DNA of 64,000 nucleotides, from assembly GCA_050248355.1 (NCBI GenBank), contig JBFWSN010000005.1:37476-101475 (forward strand). The letters are read 5' to 3'. Made by a program: the position numbers and the translations under genes. The stretch is from Dehalococcoidia bacterium (GTDB taxonomy: Bacteria; Chloroflexota; Dehalococcoidia; UBA2979). Positions 34,895 to 43,014 of the stretch are shown here, in pieces. How positions within the stretch are numbered: the first letter of the stretch is position 1; every line of letters starts with the position of its first letter. Under the pieces are notes generated by a model. The model worked only from the letters and a program-made list of their open reading frames with translations, did no database searches and was not told the origin of the DNA.

Positions 34895-35012
34895 TTTCAT
34901 CTCTCCCGGCGCGACGCCGCCGGGCCGGAATTGGCACCGTACCCACCCGGGCGAGGGGCGGCTCGGTTGCCGTGGTTTCACAGGGCCGACGCCCTCCACC
35001 ACTCTGGATGAA
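34895..35012 (-). promoter_or_regulatory. SAM-I (S-box) riboswitch aptamer in the 5-prime UTR of the ThrC-like gene
   Basis: The minus strand reads UUCAUCCAGAGUGGUGGAGGGCGUCGGCCCUGUGAAACCACGGCAACC...GGGUGGGUACGGUGCCAAUUCCGGCC...GCCGGGAGAGAUGAA. This matches the S-box blocks AGAGnGGnGGAGGGA, GGCCC-AUGAAACC, GGCAACC, GGUGCuAAuUCC and the P1-closing GAGAGAUGA. The ATG is about 185 nt downstream, with GGAG close to it. Confidence 0.75.
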
Positions 35013-35150
35013 CCGCACGAGTGGTCGTGCGTGCAGAGAGGCTAGAAGGCGGCGAGGCGTTCTGTCAATTGAAGCGTCCCGCCGGGCGTTTCGCCCGGGA
35101 GTAGTATGCGGACGCCTCGAAGCGAGGCCGGGCGAGGAAGGAGTTCCGCG

Positions 35151-36065
35151 ATGGCGATCCAGGTCGGGGACATGTTCCACGTGATCCACATGTACGACGA
35201 GCTGGGCCCGCTCGACGAGTGGTACGACAAGATCTTCGCGGTGAAGCGGAGCATGCATGGGAACTACAGCGAGGTGGAGAAGCGAGACGCCTCGCTGGCG
35301 TTCATCGCGGACTTCTGCATGGAGCCAATGGCGCCCTCGTACCGGGTGGAGGGCGCCGAGGAGATGCCCGTGGGGCGGTTCCACCGGCGCTTCGGGAACC
35401 GACTGCACTCGGTAGCGTGGTACATCGACGGCGGCTTTGCAGAGCTGTTCGGCAAGCTCAAGGACGGCGGTGTGCGGCTCTTCACCGACGGCGGTGGAGC
35501 GGCGACGTCGGCGGACAACCTTGTGGCCGCGGCGTTCACGCATCCCCGTGACACGGGCTGCCAGTGGGAACTCATGCCGCGCCGTGAGGGGATGAGCATC
35601 GGGACGGGCGCCATCCCGGGCTACGACGAGCGCTTCTGGCCAGAGGAGCACCCGCTGGGCATCGTGCCCCGCGCCTGGCACATCACGATGGCGGTGAACG
35701 ACCTCGAGCGAGGCAAATCGAGGTACGTGGACTTCCTCGACGGGCGGCTGCTGCACGAGGAAGAGAACCCGGCCTCGCGGACCCGCAGCGCGTTCATCGC
35801 CGTGGGAACGACGACCGTCATCGAAGTCGCGACGCCACTCGACTCGGATAGCCTGCTGGCGCGGGACCTCGAGCAGAACGGCGACATCATCCACTCGGTG
35901 ACGTGGGGCGTGAAGGACGTGGCGAAGGCCGCGCAGTTCCTGCGGGCGAATGGCGTGGGAGTCGAGGAACGGACGGCAGACACCTACCTGATGGACCCCG
36001 CCGACTCGTTCGGCGCGGTCATGTACGTGAGCCAGCGGCGCATCCCCGGTGACTCGCGCAGCTGA
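35151..36065 (+). CDS. two-domain VOC (glyoxalase/extradiol dioxygenase-like) family protein
   Basis: Start at the internal MAIQVGDMFHVIHMYD. Two beta-alpha-beta-beta-beta modules carry conserved His/Glu (HVIHM.., HITMAV..E). The overlapping antisense ORF 34866..35894 is Arg-rich and rejected. Confidence 0.75.
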   Translation: MAIQVGDMFHVIHMYDELGPLDEWYDKIFAVKRSMHGNYSEVEKRDASLAFIADFCMEPMAPSYRVEGAEEMPVGRFHRRFGNRLHSVAWYIDGGFAELFGKLKDGGVRLFTDGGGAATSADNLVAAAFTHPRDTGCQWELMPRREGMSIGTGAIPGYDERFWPEEHPLGIVPRAWHITMAVNDLERGKSRYVDFLDGRLLHEEENPASRTRSAFIAVGTTTVIEVATPLDSDSLLARDLEQNGDIIHSVTWGVKDVAKAAQFLRANGVGVEERTADTYLMDPADSFGAVMYVSQRRIPGDSRS

Positions 36066-36071
36066 AGGAGC

Positions 36072-36332
36072 CTACGTACGGCCCTCGATGTGCGTGCCGG
36101 CGTCGAGGGCCGATGTTACCGCGCGAAGGTTGATCGGAGCGCGCGTCACGACGGCGCCATCGACCGCAATGACGGGGATTTCGAAGACATAGCGGCGTGC
36201 GAGGTCGTCGTCGGAGTGGATGTCGACGACGCGCAATGTGAACACGTGCGAGCGCCGGAGCGCTTCGAGTGCGGCCTCGGCGTCCTCGCAGAGATGGCAC
36301 CCGGGTTGGCCGTAGAGGACGACCTCGGGCAT
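36072..36332 (-). CDS. glutaredoxin-like protein (thioredoxin fold, CxxC)
   Basis: MPEVVLYGQPGCHLCEDAEAAL...FEIPVIAVDG. Confidence 0.7.
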   Translation of the reverse strand: MPEVVLYGQPGCHLCEDAEAALEALRRSHVFTLRVVDIHSDDDLARRYVFEIPVIAVDGAVVTRAPINLRAVTSALDAGTHIEGRT

Positions 36333-36341
36333 TTGCAGCCG

Positions 36342-37211
36342 CTATCCGCCGCGCCGCGCCGCGGCCGGCCGCGGTACGGCCGAGCGCTCGGGCTGCGACT
36401 GGAGTGGCCGGGGTGGCTGCTTCGCGAAGTACCAGATCGCGGGGACCGACGCCAGGATCACCAGCAGCGAGACGACCTGCGGCGTGCGCAGCGGCGTGCC
36501 GAGGACCTCCTCGGAATCGATACGCAAATAAGTGACGAGAAAGCGCATGACCGCGTATCCGACCAGAAAGACGAAGAACGTCAGGCCGGGGCGGTCGCGG
36601 AAGACGCGGAGCAGCGCGTAGAACAGCAAGCCGAGGATGACGAGGTCGGCGAGCATCTCGTACGTCGTTGCCGGATGGTGCGCGCCAACCTGCAACGAGT
36701 GCGTGAACGCGGGCGAATCAGGGTGGGTGTACAGCACGCCCCACGGGAGATCGGTCGCGCGAGCCAGATGCTCGCCGTTGACGAGGTCACCGAGGCGACC
36801 GATCGCCATGCCGAGGATGGCGCCAAACGCCGCGATGTCGAGCCCGCGCGCGATCGGGTACTTCCTCCATAGCGCAAAGAGGACGGCGCCGATGATGCCA
36901 CCGAGCACGGCACCCCAAATGGAGATGCCGCCCTCGTTGATCTTGAAGATCTCCCCCACGTTGCTGCCGTAGAAGTCCCAGTGCTCGGCAACGAAGAGCG
37001 CGCGAGCGCCCACGATGCCACTCGGCACCCCCACGAGCGCGAGCGTATAGGCCTGGTCGGGGTCGTATCCCACGACGCGGGCCATGCGGAGCGACAGTTG
37101 CACTCCGGCAAGAATGCCGATGGCGGTGAAGAGCCCATGCCAGGTGAGCAGGAACCCGCCGATCGTCGTGATGTTCGGGCTCCAGCCGATCTCGATGGTC
37201 AGTGGAGGCAA
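36342..37211 (-). CDS. lgt: prolipoprotein diacylglyceryl transferase
   Basis: Polytopic membrane protein with Lgt signature motifs (GGISIWG, HPATTYE, 7 TM). Confidence 0.9.
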   Translation of the reverse strand: MPPLTIEIGWSPNITTIGGFLLTWHGLFTAIGILAGVQLSLRMARVVGYDPDQAYTLALVGVPSGIVGARALFVAEHWDFYGSNVGEIFKINEGGISIWGAVLGGIIGAVLFALWRKYPIARGLDIAAFGAILGMAIGRLGDLVNGEHLARATDLPWGVLYTHPDSPAFTHSLQVGAHHPATTYEMLADLVILGLLFYALLRVFRDRPGLTFFVFLVGYAVMRFLVTYLRIDSEEVLGTPLRTPQVVSLLVILASVPAIWYFAKQPPRPLQSQPERSAVPRPAAARRGG

Positions 37212-37277
37212 CGCAAGCTCCGTCCTCGGTGGGCCTTCTCATGCTACTAGAGCGGAGGGCGGGCCGCTGCGCGGAGG

Positions 37278-38057
37278 CTATCCCGCGGTGAACAGCCGCG
37301 TGTACAGCGTGCGCACGACGGCCGGAGCGAGATCCTGGCCGAGGAAGCCGGCGGCGACGCGCACCTCGGCGTGAAGGTGGATCTCCGTGCCCGGGGCCTC
37401 GATGGACTCGGGCGTGCCGGACTCCCCGACGCCACCGAGCTGCTGACCCTGGCGCACCCGCACACCGACCGCGATGCCGGAGGCAATCGACGTCAGGTGG
37501 CAGTATCGCGTCACCACGCCCTGGCCGTGATCGACCCACACCTGACGGCCGCGATACGCGTCCAGGACATCCGGGGGTGTGGTGCCGGCGGCGGCCGTGT
37601 CGGCACGCAGCTTCGCGAGGACCGCCGGTGTCAGTTCCTCGTAGCCGAGATCGGCGCGAATGACGGCGCCATCCAGCATGGCGAGGACGGCGGTCCCCTT
37701 CGCAATGGGAGCGCACGCGAGGCCCGGATAGAAGTCGACGCCCTCGTGAACGCCCATGCGGTACGTCCGGGGGGCATTCGGCATCAGGTTGTCACTGTCG
37801 GGAAGACAGGCGCCCGCGATCGGGAATGCGAAGCCATTGAGGTCATCGAGGCGAAGGCGAGCCGGCGCCGTGGAAGCGGCGAGCGTCGCCGTCGCGGTCG
37901 CCGGAGGGATGGCGGGCGTGGACGGGCCCTCGGCGGTCGGGGTGCCGATCGTGACATCCCCGGTCGAGGCCGCGCCATCTTCGCCATCGTCACCGCACGC
38001 GGCGACGGCGAACGGCAGAGCGAGCCCGAGGGTGAGCAGGCGGCGGCGGGTGAACAT
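37278..38057 (-). CDS. M23 family metallopeptidase lipoprotein
   Basis: Start at the internal MFTRRRLLTLGLALPFAVAACG (lipobox VAAC). LytM motifs HEGVDF...HLHAEV. Confidence 0.8.
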   Translation of the reverse strand: MFTRRRLLTLGLALPFAVAACGDDGEDGAASTGDVTIGTPTAEGPSTPAIPPATATATLAASTAPARLRLDDLNGFAFPIAGACLPDSDNLMPNAPRTYRMGVHEGVDFYPGLACAPIAKGTAVLAMLDGAVIRADLGYEELTPAVLAKLRADTAAAGTTPPDVLDAYRGRQVWVDHGQGVVTRYCHLTSIASGIAVGVRVRQGQQLGGVGESGTPESIEAPGTEIHLHAEVRVAAGFLGQDLAPAVVRTLYTRLFTAG

Positions 38058-38121
38058 GAGATCAGGATTGGGAGGTGATGCCCGCAGCGTCAAACGGCGG
38101 GATGCGCCGCGCGGTGCGGAG

Positions 38122-38886
38122 TCACGGGTTCCGGCGCCCTCGCCGCCGCGCGACCGCCGCAGCGGCCTCGTGCGCACGCTGGGCGTACGCGTCCGGGGGA
38201 AGCGGGTCGAGCGTGACGTCCGGCCCGTAACGGTGCCGCAGGGCAGCGAGGATCAGGCGGTCCGTCACGCTCGGGTTCTTCGGCAGCAACGAACCGTGCA
38301 GATAGGTCCCGATCGCCTCGCGGTACACGGCGCCCTCGGTGCCATCGTCGCCGTTGTTGCCGTAGCCGTGGCGGACGCGAGCGAAGGGGCGGGCGCCTGG
38401 CCCGAGGTAGGTGCGTCCCCCGTGGTTCTCGAAGCCGACGACCTCGCCGAAGCCGGACGCATCTGCCAGGACGTCTCCGATGCAGCGCGGGGCGCCCGGG
38501 GCCGGCGCGACGGTCGTGACATCGAAGATGCCGACGCCGGGAAGCTCCTCGCCCTCGGCTGTGCGGTAGAAGTGGCCGAAGAGCTGGAAGCCACCGCAGA
38601 CAGCGAGCATGGCGACATCGTCCTCGGCCCAGTCTCGGAGGCGCACGCCCTTCCCCGCGAGGTCGGCGGCGATCCGTCGCTGCTCCTGATCCTGCCCACC
38701 GCCGATGAGGACCAGGTCGGCGTCCGCGGGCAGCTCGTCCCCGATGCCTGAAGCCGTTACCTCGCACACGATGCCGTACTGACGGCAGCGCGCACGCAGT
38801 GCGATCAGGTTCCCCCGGTCTGCGTAGATGCTCATCACCTCGGGGTACAGCGTCACGACCCGGATCGTGCGCCGCGGGTCGATCAC
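38122..38886 (-). CDS. gatD: lipid II isoglutaminyl synthase glutaminase subunit GatD (CobQ-like GATase)
   Basis: GTG start at 38886 overlaps the murT stop (GTGA). Core VVTLYPEVMSIYADRGNLIAL...CGGFQLFG...H. Confidence 0.85.
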   Translation of the reverse strand: MIDPRRTIRVVTLYPEVMSIYADRGNLIALRARCRQYGIVCEVTASGIGDELPADADLVLIGGGQDQEQRRIAADLAGKGVRLRDWAEDDVAMLAVCGGFQLFGHFYRTAEGEELPGVGIFDVTTVAPAPGAPRCIGDVLADASGFGEVVGFENHGGRTYLGPGARPFARVRHGYGNNGDDGTEGAVYREAIGTYLHGSLLPKNPSVTDRLILAALRHRYGPDVTLDPLPPDAYAQRAHEAAAAVARRRGRRNP

Positions 38887-40286
38887 GGCGCATCCTCCCA
38901 GTAATGCCCGCCGCCCGAGAGGCTTGCCAGCAGTTCGCGGACCTCGAGCATCGCCGTGTACGTCGCCACGATCTCCAGCCGTCCGCCGGGCGGTGTCGCG
39001 AGGAGCGCCGTCTCGAGGGCCGCGCGCGTGTCTGTGCTCACGGCCGCAGGTTCGATCCCGGCGAGGGCGAAGCGGAGGGCGAGGTCCTCGGCGCGGCGGC
39101 CGGAGACGACCAGCTTGCCCACAAGGCCGACGAGGCGCTCCACGTCCGCGTCGTAGATCCACGACACATCGCGTCCATCCTGGATGCCGTCATTGAGCAT
39201 CGCAAGGATGGTCAGCGGCGGCCAGGCCGCCTCGAGCGCGCGGAACACCTCGTTGAGCCCGGTGGGATTCTTCGCGAGGAGGAGACGCACGGTGCGGCCC
39301 TCCACGTGGAAGCGCTCCTGGCGGCCGAAGGCTGGGCCCGACGCAGCGAGGGCGCGCGCGGTCGCTTCGATCGAGAGCCCAAGTGCGTGCGCCCCCGCCG
39401 CAGCAGCGAGCGCGTTGTACACGGAATAGAGACCGGCAAGTGGCGTCGCGACCGGGACGCGCCGCTCGCCGATCACGAGGTCGAACTGCGTCTCCTCTGC
39501 GCCCAGGTGGACGCGCTCGGCGACGACGGACGGCGCCGGACGACGGCGCTCGCAGCCGCGGCAGCGCCAGACGCCGACGTGGCCCATGTAGATGGCGTCA
39601 TACGCGTACGTGGAACCGCAGCGGCAGAATCGGGCGTCGGTGGCGTGCTCCGGCGCGGGGAGCGACACCGCGGAGTCCTGGATGCCGAACCCGACGACCT
39701 CGCCGCGCGTGTCCTCCTGGAGCTGTGCGACCGACGGGTCGTCGACGTTCAGGACGAGCGTCGACGTGGCGCCGGGACCGCTGACGGCGGCACGCCAGCC
39801 GGCCGCGATCGAGTCGACCTCACCGTAGCGGTCGAGCTGGTCGCGGAACAGGTTGAGGAACAACGCCACGCGTGGATGGAGGCGGGGCGCCAGTAGCGGC
39901 CAGTGCGCCTCGTCGACCTCGAAGACGCCGAGGCGCCGCTCGGCGTCGCGCACACCGCCGCCGCTGCCGATGGCGTCGACAAGCGCGCTGACGATGCCTC
40001 GTTCGAGGTTGGAGCCGGAGCGATTGGCGAGCGGGCGCAGGCCGGCGCCGCGCGCGACGGCCGAGAGCAGGTGGGCGGTGGTGGTCTTGCCGTTGGTGCC
40101 GGTGACGGTCACCACTCCGTGGCCGAGCAGGAGGGCCGCGGACTCGACGATGCTGGGAGCGAGGCGGGCGGCGATGAGCCCCGGGAGCGCCGTGCCGCCG
40201 CCCCGACCCAGGCCGCGGACGACCTGTCCGGCGGCTCGGCCGGCGAGCAACGCGCCTCGTTCGCGGGGGCCGAAGCCGGGGGCCAT
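38883..40286 (-). CDS. murT: lipid II isoglutaminyl synthase ligase subunit MurT (Mur ligase family)
   Basis: Start at the internal MAPGFGPRERGALLAGRAAGQVVRGLGRGGGTALPG, then the Mur ligase P-loop VTGTNGKTTT and a C-terminal DUF1727-like region. Confidence 0.85.
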   Translation of the reverse strand: MAPGFGPRERGALLAGRAAGQVVRGLGRGGGTALPGLIAARLAPSIVESAALLLGHGVVTVTGTNGKTTTAHLLSAVARGAGLRPLANRSGSNLERGIVSALVDAIGSGGGVRDAERRLGVFEVDEAHWPLLAPRLHPRVALFLNLFRDQLDRYGEVDSIAAGWRAAVSGPGATSTLVLNVDDPSVAQLQEDTRGEVVGFGIQDSAVSLPAPEHATDARFCRCGSTYAYDAIYMGHVGVWRCRGCERRRPAPSVVAERVHLGAEETQFDLVIGERRVPVATPLAGLYSVYNALAAAAGAHALGLSIEATARALAASGPAFGRQERFHVEGRTVRLLLAKNPTGLNEVFRALEAAWPPLTILAMLNDGIQDGRDVSWIYDADVERLVGLVGKLVVSGRRAEDLALRFALAGIEPAAVSTDTRAALETALLATPPGGRLEIVATYTAMLEVRELLASLSGGGHYWEDAP

Positions 40287-40361
40287 GGGAGAACTCGGCT
40301 CTCGAACGCAGACGCGCGGCACGAGGCCGCGCGTCGTCAACTCACGATGGAAGCGTGCCGG

Positions 40362-40580
40362 CTAGCCGGAGCTGGACCCGTCCTTCGCGCCGCCCGACGA
40401 GGCAGCCCCCGCTGCGGGGGGCGCGTCCGAGGAGTCATCCGGGCGGCCCGCCTCGCTGCGGAACTCACGAATGCCGCGGCCGAGCGCGCCGCCCATGTCG
40501 GCGACGCGACTCGCGCCGAACACCAGCGCGAGGATCACCAGAACGATCAACAGTTCCTGCCAGCCGAGGCTACCGAGCAT
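40362..40580 (-). CDS. tatA: twin-arginine translocase protein TatA/E (copy 1)
   Basis: MLGSLGWQELLIVLVILALVFGASRVADMGGALGRGIREFRSEAG: a TM helix, an amphipathic helix and an acidic tail. Confidence 0.8.
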   Translation of the reverse strand: MLGSLGWQELLIVLVILALVFGASRVADMGGALGRGIREFRSEAGRPDDSSDAPPAAGAASSGGAKDGSSSG

Positions 40581-40612
40581 GCATGCGCTCCTTCATGAGT
40601 GGACAGCCGGCG

Positions 40613-40837
40613 TCAGCCGTTGCGCGTCGAGGTCTCCCCGGACTTGGTGCCCGTCGCTGTCTTGTCCTTGTCATGATCCTTGTCATCGGAGGAGTCCGAA
40701 CTGCCGGCCTCCTGGCGGAACTCGCGGATGCCGCGCCCGAGCGCGCCGCCGAGGCCCGCAACCCTCGATGCGCCGAAGATCAGCGCGAGGATGACGAGGA
40801 TGATGAGGAGCTCTTGCCAACCGAGACTACCGAGCAT
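40613..40837 (-). CDS. tatA: twin-arginine translocase protein TatA/E (copy 2, tandem duplicate)
   Basis: MLGSLGWQELLIILVILALIFGASRVAGLGGALGRGIREFRQEAG. About 90% identical to copy 1 over the first 45 aa, with a divergent tail. Confidence 0.8.
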   Translation of the reverse strand: MLGSLGWQELLIILVILALIFGASRVAGLGGALGRGIREFRQEAGSSDSSDDKDHDKDKTATGTKSGETSTRNG

Positions 40838-40993
40838 CGGTGTGTCCTTCCCGGCGGATGTGCGCCGTCAGACGATCGTAACACCCCGCGTCGCACGGTA
40901 CAGCGCAGGCAACAGGCGTACCAGCGGTACGCCCGTTCGTGCGCTGCGGATTTGAAGAGATGGGTTCGCGGCCGGAGAGTCCGGCGGGGGCGG

Positions 40994-41308
40994 TTAGCCT
41001 GTGACGCGCTCGATGAAGACTTCCATCACGCCGCCGCAGATCTTGTCCTCGCCTTCGACGGGCTCGGTGAGGTCGACGACGACGACGCGCGGCTGGCCGT
41101 CGGCCATCGTCTCCATGGCCTCCTGCCAGACCTCGGCCTCCCCGCAGCCACCGCCGATGGTGCCACTGAAGGTGCCGTCGGGCCGGAGCAGCAGGTGGGC
41201 GCCCGGACCTCGGGGGGTGGACCCACGGGTTGCGGCGACCGTCGCGAGGACACGCGGTTGACCGGCCTGCTGCGCTTCACGGATTTCGGCAAAGAGTTCG
41301 CGAGACAT
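40994..41308 (-). CDS. XdhC/CoxI-family N-terminal domain protein (molybdoenzyme maturation accessory)
   Basis: 104 aa: ...LATVAATRGSTPRGPGAHLLLRPDGTFSGTIGGGCGEAEV. Preceded by a TATAAT -10 box and a GGGAG SD. Confidence 0.7.
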   Translation of the reverse strand: MSRELFAEIREAQQAGQPRVLATVAATRGSTPRGPGAHLLLRPDGTFSGTIGGGCGEAEVWQEAMETMADGQPRVVVVDLTEPVEGEDKICGGVMEVFIERVTG

Positions 41309-41680
41309 CGTCGCTCCCTGTCCCAGGTACCTTGTGATTATAGCCGTACTGACGTCGCCGCGGTTGGCCGCGAGGCGAGAGATCCGCCGGCCCGGCTACG
41401 CCGTATCTATCAGTGACACCACGAGGGGCTGGGGGTGTTAGATAGCACAAGGGCCGATTACTCGGCCCTTGTGCCCCAGAGGGATACCCCCGAGATGCAA
41501 CCGTGCGCAACACCTCGGCAGGGGCTGGCGATGTGTCAGCGTCCGGGGTGACTTACCCCATCAGCTAGGTCAGCATAACACAACGGATCAAGGGGTTTAC
41601 GTCGCGTTTTCGCGAGCGTTCCCCTCGTTTACGTCGTGCGAGGGACGTGTTCGTACGCGGGTGTCAGCACGTGCATTGGA
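41309..41680. other. 370-nt non-coding, hairpin-rich spacer between two xdhC-like genes (candidate structured RNA or regulatory region)
   Basis: No credible ORF in it. A perfect 11-bp hairpin cacaagggccg-attactc-cggcccttgtg lies at 41446-41473. A nested GGGG...CGCGUUUUCGCG...CCCC structure lies at 41591-41635, with a direct repeat cgtaaac. On the minus strand ggcTATAATcac sits about 30 nt before the 41308 ATG. Confidence 0.3.
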
Positions 41681-42529
41681 TTATGTAGCTTCGGCTGCGC
41701 GGCGGCTCGTGATCGTCGAGAGCATGCGTCCGGTGCCGCCTTTTCGGATCAGGACGATCTCCGCGAGGATCGCGAGCGCGATCTCCTCGGGCGTCTCGGC
41801 GTTGATGTCGAGGCCGATCGGGGTGTGGACCCGCGCGAGGTCATCCGCGCTGTAGCCCTCGTCGCGGAGCTGCTGCAGCACGGTCGCCGTGCGGCGGCGG
41901 CTGCCGATCATGCCGAGGTACGCGGGGCCCCTCGAGACGGTATGGCGGAGCGCGAGCGCGTCCTGCATGTGACCGCGCGACACGAGCACGATGAACGTGG
42001 TGTGGTCGATGCGCGTCCCGTCGAGCTCCTCGGCGATGTCGCCGCACATCACTTCTTCAGCCATTGGGAAGCGCTCCGGGTTGGCGAACTCGGGACGGTC
42101 ATCGAGGACCGCGATCGAGAAACCGACGATCGCGCCGATCCGCGCGATGGAGAGGCCGACGTGTCCGCCGCCGACGACGAGCAGCCGAGCGGGCGCCTCG
42201 AACAGTTCGACCATGAGCTGGGCGTCGCCGGGCCGCGACTGGTGGCGGCGCTTGACGACACCGCCCTCGTGGTGGACCCAGAGCGTCTGGGCCGGGATGC
42301 GGGGAAACGCCTCGTACGCTTCGAGGCCGGCGGCAGCGACCGTGGCGTCGACGTCGGGGTCGATGCCTCCGACGGTCGAGCCGTCACGGTGGACGAGCAG
42401 CTTGGCGCCGGCTGGCAGGCCAAGCTCGCCGCCGTTCACGACCGTCGCGACGACAACGGAGGGCCCGCCCCCGAGGGCCTCCTCAATCTCACCCATGATC
42501 TGCATGCGTGTCTCGACATCGTTGGTCAT
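41681..42529 (-). CDS. XdhC family protein (xanthine dehydrogenase / CO dehydrogenase accessory factor, two-domain)
   Basis: XdhC_CoxI N-domain plus a Rossmann-like C-domain (LLVVGGGHVGLSIARIGAIVGF). ATG at 42529 with a GGAGGAG SD. Confidence 0.8.
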   Translation of the reverse strand: MTNDVETRMQIMGEIEEALGGGPSVVVATVVNGGELGLPAGAKLLVHRDGSTVGGIDPDVDATVAAAGLEAYEAFPRIPAQTLWVHHEGGVVKRRHQSRPGDAQLMVELFEAPARLLVVGGGHVGLSIARIGAIVGFSIAVLDDRPEFANPERFPMAEEVMCGDIAEELDGTRIDHTTFIVLVSRGHMQDALALRHTVSRGPAYLGMIGSRRRTATVLQQLRDEGYSADDLARVHTPIGLDINAETPEEIALAILAEIVLIRKGGTGRMLSTITSRRAAEAT

Positions 42530-42608
42530 CGCGGCTCCTCCGCGGGGAATCATACGGCGGGAGTGCCGAGGCGGGGGGCGGCGGTGGCTGACTTCCAGAA
42601 CGCACCGG

Positions 42609-42980
42609 CTAGCCCGGGGCCACCGCCGCCAGGTGCTCCTTGATCACCTCGTGCGGCACAAGACGCACCAGCAACCACAACACGAGGGCGACGGCGAGGA
42701 TGTCGTCGAGCTGGCCGATGACGGGGATAAAGTCGGGTATCACGTCGATGGGGAAGGCGAGATAGGCGGCGAGGGCCAGCGGCAGCCAGCGCGCGACGCG
42801 GGGGACGCGGCGGTCGCGGGCGATGGCGCGAGCGACCTCGAAGCGCTGGCGCCAGGTGAGGCACTGCAGCGCTGCGAGGGTAGCGCAAGCGAAGCGGTCG
42901 CGCCGGAGCTGGAACGCGGCGGCGGCCGCCGCCAGCAGGAATGCGAGAGCGACGAGGAGCAGCCAGAGCCACCAGGGCAT
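42609..42980 (-). CDS. DUF1232 (YkvA-like) membrane protein
   Basis: Start at the internal MPWWLWLLLV. Motif PIDVIPDFIPVIGQLDD. Confidence 0.7.
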   Translation of the reverse strand: MPWWLWLLLVALAFLLAAAAAAFQLRRDRFACATLAALQCLTWRQRFEVARAIARDRRVPRVARWLPLALAAYLAFPIDVIPDFIPVIGQLDDILAVALVLWLLVRLVPHEVIKEHLAAVAPG

Positions 42981-43014
42981 GCGGCGTCTCCTCGATACGT
43001 CCTTTCGCGGCGCC

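Noticed and set aside
34866-35894. 342-aa minus-strand ORF overlapping the VOC-family gene and the riboswitch region
   Set aside because: Arg/His-rich composition. It overlaps the SAM-I aptamer and a plus-strand gene with a credible two-module VOC fold.
40838-40993. Possible small ORF or ncRNA between tatA copy 2 and the xdhC N-domain gene
   Set aside because: It contains only the tatA RBS (GGAAGGA) and no stable long hairpins or reading frame with SD. Treated as an ordinary intergenic promoter region.
41421-41500. Possible tRNA or tmRNA-like element (GGGGCUGGGGGUGUUAGAUAGCAC...)
   Set aside because: No T-loop (GGUUCGAAUCC-like) element, and the 3-prime end cannot pair with the 5-prime GGGGCUG to form an acceptor stem. 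The anticodon loop lacks U33 and R37 in any register. Kept only as part of the unexplained structured spacer.
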